A DNA stretch of 64,000 nt from an uncultured Hyphomicrobiales bacterium (GCA_964498585.1 CAZCHH010000003.1:9333-73332); one strand, 5' to 3'. Shown: positions 39,906-49,515, counted from the stretch's first letter. Notes: generated by a model from the letters alone, not told the origin. Made by a program: numbers and translations.

Positions 39906-42002
39906 ATGAAAAAGATACTAATACTGATATTATTCGTAATCTTAAGCAATTTTTCTTTAGCTTCAGATTATTGGAAGCAACCGTTGCATAGTATATCAAC
40001 AAGTTCAATTATTGCAAATGGTTCTGATGTCTTTATCGGCACCTGGTATGGTATATACTCAACAACGAATAATGGTGAAAGCTGGATTGCAAAAAGCAAT
40101 GGATTGACATCGTATAAAATAATTTCCCTAGTAACAGATGGGATTAATATTTTTGCAGGAACAAATGATGCAGGAGTTTTTAGAACTACAGACAACGGAG
40201 AGAACTGGTTCCCTGTTAATAATGGTTTAAATTCATTAGATGTAAAATATTTAGAAATAATTGATTCTAAATTGTTTGTTGTTTGTTATTCAGAAATTGA
40301 AGGGATTGGAGGCATTTTTAAATCTTCTGATTATGGTGAAAATTGGATAAAAGTTACAACTGGTTTATCTGATTATAGGTATCCTAAAATGTGTGCTTTT
40401 GGTAATGATATTTATCTTTGTACTGGGGTATCAAGTGGAGGCATAATTGTTTCAAAAGATTTTGGCGAGAACTGGTCGATAATTGGTTCAACTTTACCAG
40501 AATATACAAGTGTAAGTTGTTTAGCAATAAATGACTCATTGATTTTTGCCGGTTTAGCTTACGATGGAATATATTGTTCATCAAATAATGGCGAAAGTTG
40601 GACTGCTATCAACACTGGGCTGCCTTGTTTAGAAATTAATTATTTAGGTATTATTAATAACAAAATATATGCAGATGTTTCCGGAGAAGGACTATATGTT
40701 TCATCAAATAACGGCGAAAGCTGGGAAAATGTAAAATTTGGCGATTTTATATTTTTTATGAAATTTCTAAATTCTATGATTGAAATTAATGGTGTTATTT
40801 GGGCTGGTTCTGTCGCTGGAGTTTTTCAATCAACAGACGACGGAGTAACTTGGAAAGGAATAAATTCCGGTTTAATCAGTTCTAATACATATTGCTTATT
40901 GATAGACGATTCTAATGTATATTGCGGTTCAAACAATGGAATATTCAAATCAACAGACGAAGGCAATAGTTGGGTTAAAATAAATAAAGAATATGATAGT
41001 ATATATGGTATAAGAAGTATTGTTAAAAGTGGTGATAAGATGTTCGTTGGTTGTTATTATCAGGGAGTTTTCAAATCACTAAACAATGGAAAAAGTTGGA
41101 GTAAAATGAACACTGGAATAACAGATACTACTGTAACCTGTTTAATTCAAAATAAAGGCAAAATGTATTTAGGAACTTGGGAAGGAACTATTTATTTTTC
41201 AGAAGATGATGGGAATAGTTGGGAAAAAATCAATATGGTGCAGTCTCATTTTCCTACTTACAATAGAAATATTACTCTTGCAATTAAGGATTCATTGATA
41301 ATTGCAGGTACATTATACGGTTTATATACAACTACTAATGGTGGTGAATTTTGGGAATTAACTACAAAAGATGATATTCAATATATCAATACATTATCAT
41401 TAGCAATTGATGGTGTTGACATTTACATAGGAACGGCTAACGGAATATACAAAACTTCAGATAATGGAGATATCTGGACTCCATTAAATTCTGGTATGGA
41501 AGGAATAGAAGTTACTCGCATTTTAATACACAACTCTTACATTTTTGCCGGAACAAAGAATAATGGCGTCTATTTATCTATAGATAAAGGTGTAAATTGG
41601 AAAACGGTAAACGCTGGTTTATATACATCAAATATTAATGATATAGCAATTTCCGGTTCCATTATTTATGTAGCAACAGAAGGTGCTGGAGTTTATACTG
41701 CTAATTTGTCTGAATTAATTATTTCTGATGTCAAAAAAGATATTTATTTGTCAAATGAATTAAAGCTTTTTCCTAATCCGGCTACAGATAAAATTACCAT
41801 TAATTTTTCTGAAAATATAGCATTTAACTCTATATCAATAGTAAATTCGCTCGGAATTCCAGTAAAAAAGTTTGAATATGAAGAAATATTTGGAACTAAT
41901 TCTATATATATATCAACCAATGATTTGCCAGTTGGTCTATACTACTGCATTTTCGAAAGTAATACTGGCAAAATCGCAAAAAGTTTTATGGTTATGAAAT
42001 AG
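39906..42002 (+). CDS. secreted BNR/Asp-box repeat beta-propeller protein (Ycf48/sortilin-like) with a T9SS C-terminal sorting domain
   Basis: At least 12 'S-x-D-x-G-x-(S/T)-W' repeats (TTNNGESW, TTDNGENW, SSDYGENW, STDDGVTW ...). C-terminal 'LKLFPNPATDKITINF...YYCIFESNTGKIAKSFMVMK' matches Por_Secre_tail. Confidence 0.75.
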   Translation: MKKILILILFVILSNFSLASDYWKQPLHSISTSSIIANGSDVFIGTWYGIYSTTNNGESWIAKSNGLTSYKIISLVTDGINIFAGTNDAGVFRTTDNGENWFPVNNGLNSLDVKYLEIIDSKLFVVCYSEIEGIGGIFKSSDYGENWIKVTTGLSDYRYPKMCAFGNDIYLCTGVSSGGIIVSKDFGENWSIIGSTLPEYTSVSCLAINDSLIFAGLAYDGIYCSSNNGESWTAINTGLPCLEINYLGIINNKIYADVSGEGLYVSSNNGESWENVKFGDFIFFMKFLNSMIEINGVIWAGSVAGVFQSTDDGVTWKGINSGLISSNTYCLLIDDSNVYCGSNNGIFKSTDEGNSWVKINKEYDSIYGIRSIVKSGDKMFVGCYYQGVFKSLNNGKSWSKMNTGITDTTVTCLIQNKGKMYLGTWEGTIYFSEDDGNSWEKINMVQSHFPTYNRNITLAIKDSLIIAGTLYGLYTTTNGGEFWELTTKDDIQYINTLSLAIDGVDIYIGTANGIYKTSDNGDIWTPLNSGMEGIEVTRILIHNSYIFAGTKNNGVYLSIDKGVNWKTVNAGLYTSNINDIAISGSIIYVATEGAGVYTANLSELIISDVKKDIYLSNELKLFPNPATDKITINFSENIAFNSISIVNSLGIPVKKFEYEEIFGTNSIYISTNDLPVGLYYCIFESNTGKIAKSFMVMK

Positions 42003-42091
42003 ATTCGTATAATTTTTGAACTCCTGACCCCATATCGAAATTAAAGGAGTTATGAGATTTGCTTCGCAAAGAATATTTTCGCAAATTCAGA

Positions 42092-42130
42092 ACTCCTGAC
42101 TCCATAACGAAAATAAAGGAGTCAGGAGAA
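42092..42130 (+). terminator. stem-loop (ctcctgactcc...ggagtcaggag) downstream of the T9SS cargo gene; a weaker related hairpin lies at 42016..42050
   Basis: 11-bp perfect inverted repeat. The T-run that follows is modest. Confidence 0.45.
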
Positions 42131-42504
42131 TTGTCTTGTAATTAATACTTGCACATATTATCCGAAAAAAGTGTTATTCTGAATCCCCTGATAAAGCAAG
42201 TGCTTTATTATAATGGAGATGACATAAGGTTTAGAAAGATTAGATGGTTTAGATAGTATAGGTTTTTAAACTTTCGTAAAGTTTTGCAAGACAAAAGTAA
42301 AGATGTCACTCATAGCCCATCGAAGAATCTCACAAGTCATTGTTACCAAAGAGTTGAGATTTTTCTAATGTAAAAATAAATCAAATATTTTATAAGCAAG
42401 TAACTTCATTAATTTTATGTAAAAACCAGAAAAACCTTTTATCAACTATAAGTTTAATACAATTTTCGTATTTTTGTATTTTTTGAAATAAAAATAAGTA
42501 AATT

Positions 42505-43719
42505 ATGTTTCCTACTTTAAATGAACAAATGGATTTGATTCGCGCAGGAGCAGTTGAAATTATACCTGAGGACGAATTAGTAAAAAAAATTGAAGATTCA
42601 ATAAAAAATAAAAAACCACTAATAATAAAGTTAGGTTGCGACCCGAGCCGTCCGGATTTGCATATTGGTCACGCAGTTGTGCTTCAAAAGATGCGTCAGT
42701 TTCAGGATTTAGGTCATACCGCAGTGCTAATCATCGGTGATTTTACTGCAATGATTGGCGACCCTTCCGGACGCTCCAAAACACGTCCTCAGCTAACTTT
42801 GGAGGAAACCAGAATTAATGGACAGTCTTATTTAGAGCAGGCAAATAAAGTGCTTCGTGAAGACAGAATGCAAATCCGTTATAACTCCGAATGGCTTAAC
42901 AAAATGAATTTTAATGATGTTATTCTTCTTACTTCAAAATATACAGTTGCTCAAATCCTCGTCCGCGATGACTTTGAAAAGCGTTTCAAACAGGAATTAC
43001 CGATTTCTCTCCACGAACTACTTTATCCACTCGCTCAGGCAATGGATTCCGTTGCTATTGATTCTGATTTGGAACTTGGCGGGACTGACCAAAAATTCAA
43101 TCTGCTTGTTGGCAGAGAAATACAAAAGGGATACAACAAGCCAGCGCAGTGCATTTTAACTATGCCTATTCTCGAAGGAACCGATGGCGTTGAAAAGATG
43201 AGTAAATCTCTTAATAACTACATTGCTTTAACTGATACTCCACGCGATATGTTTGGAAAAGTTATGTCTATTCCAGACAATTTAATCAGCCGATATTTCA
43301 AATATGCCTGCCGTCCAAGTTTATCTGAAGCAAATGAATTTGAACAGAAATTAAACAATGGGATTTTGCACCCAAGAGACGCAAAAGTTCAGGTTGCTGT
43401 TAAAATTGTTAGCTTATATCATAGCGAAGAAGCGGGCATTGCGGCATTCGAAGAATTTGAACGCATTTTTAAAAATAAAGATATTCCGGACGATATTGAA
43501 GAAAGATGTTTAAATTTAGAAAATCCAAATCAAAATATTGTTGAAATACTTTTTTTAACTAAACTCGTTGAATCGAAAAAAGAAGGGAAAAGAGTTATTG
43601 AACAGGGCGGCGTTTCTGTTGATGGTAATAAAATTGCATCAGTTAATGATATGATTGATTTTTCTGAGCAAAAGCTAATCAAAGTAGGAAAGAGAAAATT
43701 TTTAAAAGTTAAAATATAA
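42505..43719 (+). CDS. tyrS: tyrosine--tRNA ligase
   Basis: 'GCDPSRPDLHIGHAV' (HIGH), 'KMSKSLNNYI' (KMSKS) and a C-terminal S4-like domain. Confidence 0.9.
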   Translation: MFPTLNEQMDLIRAGAVEIIPEDELVKKIEDSIKNKKPLIIKLGCDPSRPDLHIGHAVVLQKMRQFQDLGHTAVLIIGDFTAMIGDPSGRSKTRPQLTLEETRINGQSYLEQANKVLREDRMQIRYNSEWLNKMNFNDVILLTSKYTVAQILVRDDFEKRFKQELPISLHELLYPLAQAMDSVAIDSDLELGGTDQKFNLLVGREIQKGYNKPAQCILTMPILEGTDGVEKMSKSLNNYIALTDTPRDMFGKVMSIPDNLISRYFKYACRPSLSEANEFEQKLNNGILHPRDAKVQVAVKIVSLYHSEEAGIAAFEEFERIFKNKDIPDDIEERCLNLENPNQNIVEILFLTKLVESKKEGKRVIEQGGVSVDGNKIASVNDMIDFSEQKLIKVGKRKFLKVKI

Positions 43720-43724
43720 TTTAA

Positions 43725-44813
43725 ATGAAAAAGAAATGCCTTGTTGGAATGTCCGGTGGAGTAGATTCCTCAGTTTCAGCTGCTTTATTGCTCGAAATGG
43801 GCTATGAAGTTGAGGGATTAACAATTACTCCATTTCGTATTGATCCAAACTGCCGTCAGTCAGAAACAGAGAAAAGCTGCTGCTCGGCAAAAAGTATGCA
43901 AGATGCCCATAACATTTGCGAGCTACTTGGTATAAAACATCATTTAATTGATTTAACTGAAGAATTTAAAGAGAAAATTGTAAGCAAATTCATTTATGAT
44001 TATCTTTCAGGAAAAACCCCCAATCCCTGTGTGCTATGCAATCCTTTGATTAAATGGGAAGCTTTGACTAAAATTGCTGAAAAATATAGTTGCGATTTCG
44101 TTGCTACGGGACATTATGCTAAAATAAATTTCAATGAGCAAAATCAAAGATATTATATTACAAAAGGAAAAGACTCCACAAAAGACCAATCTTATTTCCT
44201 TTGGAAGTTGTCGCAGAAGCAGCTTTCTAAAACTATTTTTCCTCTATCAAATTTCAGCAAAACAGAAATAAAAGAAATTGCAGTAAAACTGGATTTTAAT
44301 ATTGAAAAAAAGCCGGAATCACAGGAAATTTGCTTCATTCCCGATAACAATTACCACAATTTTTTAGAAAATAATGTTTTAGACATCGAAAAGAAAATAA
44401 GCAAAGGCAATATTGTTTTTAATGGCGAGATTATTGGGCAGCATAGTGGCTCCCCATTTTATACTATTGGGCAGAGAAAAGGGCTTGGTATCTCGCATCC
44501 GAAGCCGCTTTACGTAAAAAGCATTGATGCTAAGGAAAATGTATTGGTAGTTGCTGAAGATGATGATATAAGCAGTATTTCATTAATTGCCAGTGAATTA
44601 AATTTCCAAAAATATATTGAAATTGAAGAAGAAAAAATCTTTAATGTAAAAATTCGCTATAAAGACAAGGGTAGCGATGCAAAATGCAAAATGCTTGCTA
44701 ACGGAACTTTGCGTATTGATTTTCTGGAAAAGAAAAAAGCAGTAACTCCCGGTCAATCTATTGTAATTTACGAAGATAATGATTTATTAGCAGGTGGAAT
44801 TATTTTGGAGTAA
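43725..44813 (+). CDS. mnmA: tRNA 2-thiouridine(34) synthase
   Basis: PP-loop 'CLVGMSGGVDSSVSAALL', the catalytic Cys region, and typical length. Confidence 0.9.
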   Translation: MKKKCLVGMSGGVDSSVSAALLLEMGYEVEGLTITPFRIDPNCRQSETEKSCCSAKSMQDAHNICELLGIKHHLIDLTEEFKEKIVSKFIYDYLSGKTPNPCVLCNPLIKWEALTKIAEKYSCDFVATGHYAKINFNEQNQRYYITKGKDSTKDQSYFLWKLSQKQLSKTIFPLSNFSKTEIKEIAVKLDFNIEKKPESQEICFIPDNNYHNFLENNVLDIEKKISKGNIVFNGEIIGQHSGSPFYTIGQRKGLGISHPKPLYVKSIDAKENVLVVAEDDDISSISLIASELNFQKYIEIEEEKIFNVKIRYKDKGSDAKCKMLANGTLRIDFLEKKKAVTPGQSIVIYEDNDLLAGGIILE

Positions 44814-45054
44814 ATCATTTTCCTCTGCTTGTATTAGTTTGAATAGATTCAGTAACGATATTAGAATTTAATAAAAATTACAGAAAAAACTTAGTTTTTT
44901 ACAGTATTTTAAGCAAACCATTTATTATCAATTACTACTGAATATTTTTTTTTAATTTATGAATAATACAGGTTTATTAATATAACTTCTAAAAATAGTC
45001 ATTCTACACTGCAGGAAAATCAAATATTTTGTTAAAAATCAAAAGACATTTAAA

Positions 45055-45300
45055 GTAAGTATCATTCTGACATACGTCAGAATGACACTTTTAGTTATGT
45101 CATTTCTATTAAATAAAGGTCTCTCTTTATCTGGGGATTACCAATGACATCTTTACTTTAAACTTTACGAAAGTTAAGAAACTTCCGCAAAGTAAGAAGA
45201 TTAATACTTTCGTAAAGTTTCTTAAGTTTGCGAAAGTTTAAAATATGTCATCTCCATTTAAATAAAAGTCTTCTTTTATCTAGGGATTCGAAATGAAAAG
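45055..45300. repeat. composite palindromic repeat cluster (tcattctgacatacgtcagaatgaca perfect palindrome; aaataaaggtctctctttatctggggatt; ctttcgtaaagtt inverted copies)
   Basis: Direct reading. 'ctttacgaaagttaag...cttaactttcgtaaag' forms a long inverted repeat. Confidence 0.75.
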
Positions 45301-45361
45301 ACTGCGAAATAGCATGCTACGAGGCATCAGGAGTTCTGAAATTCTTAAAACTCCTTTATAA

Positions 45362-45757
45362 TTAGTAATCTCTCATAAAGACACTCATTGTTATATTCAG
45401 CCAATTTCCTACCCACTTTTTATCAACAATTTTTGCTAAAATCAATTTTCCCGCATCCATTAACCGTGCTAAAATTTCGTTCTTATCCCGAGGAATATAA
45501 CCAAGTTTTTTCCCTTTTTGAGTTAAAATTAGAATAGCAAATTCATCAAATTGGTTTTCTGGTTCTCTAAGTGTAAGCAAAATCTCGTCTATCAAAAGAT
45601 GTGGCTCAATTTCAGTGAGATTCAAATAGCTTGTTCCTGCAACTTTACATTCAATCAAAAAAATTTCCTGAACAAAAGGCATTGGCAGGCCATCTGTTGT
45701 AAATGAACTTTGAATAATCGCAAGCAGATTCGGGTCAATTACAGCTAAATCCGACAT
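45362..45757 (-). CDS. standalone HIRAN-domain protein
   Basis: 'CKVAGTSYLNL...LTLREPENQFDEFAILILTQKGKKLGYIPRDKNEILARLMDAGKLILAKI...ITMSVFM' follows the HIRAN pattern (VvG..YY...L.R.P.N.yD.NAI.V....G..vGyl.r..A..L...mD...l...g...). It overlaps the upstream gene by 23 nt. Confidence 0.7.
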   Translation of the reverse strand: MSDLAVIDPNLLAIIQSSFTTDGLPMPFVQEIFLIECKVAGTSYLNLTEIEPHLLIDEILLTLREPENQFDEFAILILTQKGKKLGYIPRDKNEILARLMDAGKLILAKIVDKKWVGNWLNITMSVFMRDY

Positions 45758-46571
45758 TATTTTCGTATCCTAAAGTTTTTAGCACATTTTTATAAAAAAT
45801 TATTATTGATTCTAATTGCAGTTTTTCTATTTCTGTTTTTTCTTTTTCACTATTGATTAGGTTTTCATTTTCAATGATATTGATAAGAATATATGGTTTT
45901 TTACTTTTTACATCATTAATTTTTTCAATATAATATTTTATGCTTTTATCTAATTTATTTTTTATTTCTGATAAATCATTTTGAACTTCTGTGATTTTAT
46001 AATCTTCATCATTATCTAAAATTAATTCAATAGCTTTCAGTTCATCAAGATTACAATCTTTATATGCTTCGTAAACCCGCGTCCAAAGTAATTTTTGCAT
46101 TTCATTTAAATTTGGATTGATGTCCGGATGCAGTATTTTGCATAATTTTCTGAACAAACTTTTTAATTGAGTAGAATCAGGTTCGGTTTCTAATAACTTT
46201 ATCCTCTTTTCAGCATTTTTCAAAGCGGTAGCGTAGTTCCTTATTTCTCTTTCCCAATCCAGCGATTCCCGTAGCAAAATATTTTCAACTTCAGTAATAT
46301 TGACCGATTTATTTTGATTTACATAGCTTTGTATCAGTTCAATTTTCCTTTTAAGTTTTTTTGCTTCAAATTCAAGATAAAGTTTTTCAAGCTGATATTT
46401 ACCAATAATAGTAAAATATTGAGCTTCAATATTCTTGCAAACTGTGTTTATCAGCAGTTCATATTCATTAACAAGGATTGATAATTCCTCTTTCAAGTTT
46501 GAAATATCTTGTTTGAGTTTTTTATTCTTTTCATTTTCAATAATTTGCATATTTCGGATATCTTTATTCAA
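45735..46571 (-). CDS. coiled-coil protein with a C-terminal J-domain-like module (HPD motif)
   Basis: 'LKSLFRKLCKILHPDINPNLNEMQKLLWTRVYEAYKDCNLDEL' matches J-domain helices II-III with the invariant HPD. The long N-terminal heptad-rich region suggests coiled coil. Confidence 0.6.
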   Translation of the reverse strand: MNKDIRNMQIIENEKNKKLKQDISNLKEELSILVNEYELLINTVCKNIEAQYFTIIGKYQLEKLYLEFEAKKLKRKIELIQSYVNQNKSVNITEVENILLRESLDWEREIRNYATALKNAEKRIKLLETEPDSTQLKSLFRKLCKILHPDINPNLNEMQKLLWTRVYEAYKDCNLDELKAIELILDNDEDYKITEVQNDLSEIKNKLDKSIKYYIEKINDVKSKKPYILINIIENENLINSEKEKTEIEKLQLESIIIFYKNVLKTLGYENNVGFSCN

Positions 46572-46582
46572 ATGTAAAAAAA

Positions 46583-47092
46583 TTATGCACTTATATTATG
46601 TTGCCAGAATATTTTATCATTAATAAAAACTTTATAACTAATAAATGCGGCTAATGGGCCACCTATCCAAGCATTTGATTCTACAGTAACTTCTCTAATA
46701 TATTCATCATTTTTTTTATCATAAATAATATACATTGCAGATTCAAATAGTGTTCTATAGGAAACCCAGAAATTTTCTCCCCAATAATCTAAATCAAATT
46801 TTTCATTTGGGAATAAATTATTTTCACTATTTTCATTAATTAAGGATTCAGCGTATTTAAATAACTCAATTAATTCACTATCTTTTTTAATTATTATATG
46901 ATTAACAAGAGAAGTCAACGGAATTTGTAATTCATAATCATTATTAGAATATAGCAAAATCATTGTATTTTTCTTTAAAATTTTGGGGTCTATTAAATGT
47001 ATAGTTTTTTTATATTCTGATGAATTTTGGTTATAAGTTGAACAAGAACTTATAAAAATAATAATCAAAAGTAAATAAATTAGATTTTTCAT
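46583..47092 (-). CDS. hypothetical lipoprotein
   Basis: Signal peptide with 'ISSCST'. It lies 12 nt upstream of the J-domain gene. Confidence 0.5.
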   Translation of the reverse strand: MKNLIYLLLIIIFISSCSTYNQNSSEYKKTIHLIDPKILKKNTMILLYSNNDYELQIPLTSLVNHIIIKKDSELIELFKYAESLINENSENNLFPNEKFDLDYWGENFWVSYRTLFESAMYIIYDKKNDEYIREVTVESNAWIGGPLAAFISYKVFINDKIFWQHNISA

Positions 47093-47124
47093 AAAAACCT
47101 CACTTTCTTATAAATTTTATAATA

Positions 47125-47592
47125 CTACTTATTTTGATTTATCATAGATTTAACTAATACTTTTGTATCTATTACAGGAAGAATGAATTTATTTAAGAAA
47201 CTTCCCTGCGTTTTAGCAAAAATTATTCCTCTTGCAGTTGAGTATGTCATTCCTACTAATTCTGTCAATAAATCATCTGGCAAAGTGAAACTTTCATTGT
47301 TCATTTGAATTATTGAAGTTAAATTTAAAATTTTAAAATCACAAACTAATACTAATTCAATTAACTTTATATTTTTATTATTAAAAAGATAATTATTCAC
47401 TACAGTTAGTTGAATTTGAAAAATATTTTGTTCTTTTATGTAAGCATAAGCAAGATTAAATCCTAAATTTAAATTTTTTGAATTAAAATTAGAGGTAATA
47501 TCAAGGGCTGGTTCAATCAAGCTAAAGCGTCTTATTGAAATGTTGTTCAACTTGTAAGAAATTGTAATATTCTCATACTGTTTCGTATTCAT
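47125..47592 (-). CDS. SecB-like chaperone, putative TAC-system chaperone
   Basis: From Met 'MNTKQYENITISYKL...' about 155 aa. Segments 'FQIQLTVVNN', 'IELVLVCDFKIL' and 'MTYSTARGIIFAKTQGSFLNKFILPVID' parallel E. coli SecB ('VVLRVTVTAS', 'FLCEVQQGGIFSI', '[29 protein letters not shown]'). It sits immediately downstream of the HigA-like gene. Confidence 0.55.
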   Translation of the reverse strand: MNTKQYENITISYKLNNISIRRFSLIEPALDITSNFNSKNLNLGFNLAYAYIKEQNIFQIQLTVVNNYLFNNKNIKLIELVLVCDFKILNLTSIIQMNNESFTLPDDLLTELVGMTYSTARGIIFAKTQGSFLNKFILPVIDTKVLVKSMINQNK

Positions 47593-48055
47593 CTGCTTTT
47601 TCAAAATTAATGTTAGTAAAACATAGGTTTGATAAAAAATCATCATCTGAATTTGTTGTATTTTCTAAATCAATATTTTGATAATTAGAAATTCCCGAAT
47701 TTTCACCTAAATTTAATTGTATATTTATATGCTCGTAAAGATTGTCATTAAGATAGCCCAATTCGTCCTGCTTAATAATTTCTTCAATATCAATAAATTT
47801 TACTCTTGGAACTTTATCTATTGCTAATGCTAAATCAATAAATTTAGATAATCTATGGTCAAATTCTCCATTCAAAATCTGAGAGACGTAACCTTTTGTT
47901 ACATTTAGTTTTTGAGCAAATTGAATACGGGTTAGATTATTCTCTTTTAGGTATTCCTTAATAAGTTCGAATAATTCCTGCTGAATTTCACCAATCCAAT
48001 ATTCTCTGCTTTTAAGCAATTCAGCTCTTGTCATTTTCTTTTCTCCTGTATTCAA
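47573..48055 (-). CDS. XRE-family HTH antitoxin (HigA-like) with a ~75-aa acidic C-terminal extension, a candidate chaperone-addiction region
   Basis: HTH 'LTRIQFAQKLNVTKGYVSQILNGE'. It overlaps the toxin gene by 35 nt and has an extended C-terminus 'DDDFLSNLCFTNINFEKADEYETV'. Confidence 0.7.
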   Translation of the reverse strand: MNTGEKKMTRAELLKSREYWIGEIQQELFELIKEYLKENNLTRIQFAQKLNVTKGYVSQILNGEFDHRLSKFIDLALAIDKVPRVKFIDIEEIIKQDELGYLNDNLYEHINIQLNLGENSGISNYQNIDLENTTNSDDDFLSNLCFTNINFEKADEYETV

Positions 48056-48422
48056 GATATTGGTTAATAGTTTTTCTAAAATGATTTAAATCTTTCTTTT
48101 GACTTGTTTTATAACCACCAGTAATAACAATATTTCCGTTTTCTTTATCAATAAAATAATATAATCTTAAATGTTTTGTTTTTATTTCACATTCAGTAAC
48201 AAAAGTTTCCTTGCTATTAAGAATTCTAAATTGTTTTTCCGGCAACCTGCGTCCTGAAGCTAATACGTTCAACTTGTGATAAATTGAGTTTATTTCAGTT
48301 TTATAATTTTGCCTTGCCTTAATCTCAAAAACATCAAATTCACAATTTTCATCTTTTTGCAGTTTGAAAAAAATCAATTTCCCTTTAACAGCTTCAATTC
48401 TTATTAACGCAAATTTACTCAT
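48021..48422 (-). CDS. HigB/Gp49-like (RelE/ParE superfamily) toxin
   Basis: 133 aa with 'FRILNSKETFVTECEIKTKHLRLYYFIDKENGNIVITGGYKTSQKKD' (RelE-fold beta-sheet region). It lies upstream of, and overlaps, the XRE antitoxin gene in the HigB-HigA order. Confidence 0.6.
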   Translation of the reverse strand: MSKFALIRIEAVKGKLIFFKLQKDENCEFDVFEIKARQNYKTEINSIYHKLNVLASGRRLPEKQFRILNSKETFVTECEIKTKHLRLYYFIDKENGNIVITGGYKTSQKKDLNHFRKTINQYLEYRRKENDKS

Positions 48423-48495
48423 TTTAGTTTACTTTTTACTAAACTTTTTTAATTTTTGACAATATTTATCTTTGCAAAAGTTTTAATAATTTCAC

Positions 48496-49431
48496 CTACA
48501 TTTCAATAAACTCTAAGCATTTTTCTTTATCTTCTTCAAGTTGAGTTTTTATTTCTTCTATACCTTTAAACTTTTTCTCTTCCCGAATAAATTTGATGAA
48601 ATTCACCGATACTTTTTTCCCATACAAATCCTCCTCAAAATCGAAAAGATGAACTTCCAAAAGCAATTCACCATCTTCTTCAAATGTAGGCCTTACTCCA
48701 ATATTTGCCATTCCGTAATATGTTTTATTTTGAATTTCAGAAGAAACCAAGTAAACTCCTTTAGCCGGAATTAATTTATACTTATTTGAAAAAGAAAAAT
48801 TGAGTGTAGGAAAACCGATTGTCCTGCCGCGTTTTTGTCCTTTTACAACCACATCTTCAATAAAATAAGAATAGCCAAGCAGTTCGTTTGCAAGTTCAAC
48901 CTGCTGAGATAAAATCAGATTACGGATTTTGGTGCTTGAAATTATTAATTCTTTTTCCAGAAAAGCATCAATTTTTTCAATTTGGAAATTATATTCATTA
49001 GATAACTCAATAAGTAACGATTCGTTACCTTGACGGTTTTTTCCAAAAAGATGGTCGTAACCAATTAAAAGAGTGTGTAATCCGGTTTTTTTTACTAAAT
49101 ATTCAACAATGAAATCTTTTGCATCAGTTTTTGCAAACTCTATTGAAAATGGGATAATTAAAACATTTTCAATCCCTTTACTTTTGAATAATTTCAATCG
49201 CTCATCAATCGTGGTTAAAAGAAAAATCTGCTTTCTGTCCACTTTGTTCAAAACAATTTGCGGATGTGGGTCTATTGTCAAAATCAAATGCCTTAAATTT
49301 TTACGATTAGACATTTCTAATAATTTGTCAATAATCAACTGATGACCGCGATGGACGCCGTCGAATGTACCAACAGTAATTATAGTATTTGGATTATATT
49401 CTATTTCGTTAAAATTGTTGTAAATGTTCAT
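48496..49431 (-). CDS. ribF: bifunctional riboflavin kinase / FMN adenylyltransferase
   Basis: 'VGTFDGVHRGHQ' nucleotidyltransferase motif and a C-terminal riboflavin kinase 'GFPTLN'. Confidence 0.9.
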   Translation of the reverse strand: MNIYNNFNEIEYNPNTIITVGTFDGVHRGHQLIIDKLLEMSNRKNLRHLILTIDPHPQIVLNKVDRKQIFLLTTIDERLKLFKSKGIENVLIIPFSIEFAKTDAKDFIVEYLVKKTGLHTLLIGYDHLFGKNRQGNESLLIELSNEYNFQIEKIDAFLEKELIISSTKIRNLILSQQVELANELLGYSYFIEDVVVKGQKRGRTIGFPTLNFSFSNKYKLIPAKGVYLVSSEIQNKTYYGMANIGVRPTFEEDGELLLEVHLFDFEEDLYGKKVSVNFIKFIREEKKFKGIEEIKTQLEEDKEKCLEFIEM

Positions 49432-49515
49432 AAAATATTTTTAAAAAATTTAATCCACTAATAATATCTACTCAACTTTTCTAGTGTAATAATTCATTAA
49501 AAGACTTACTATTTG

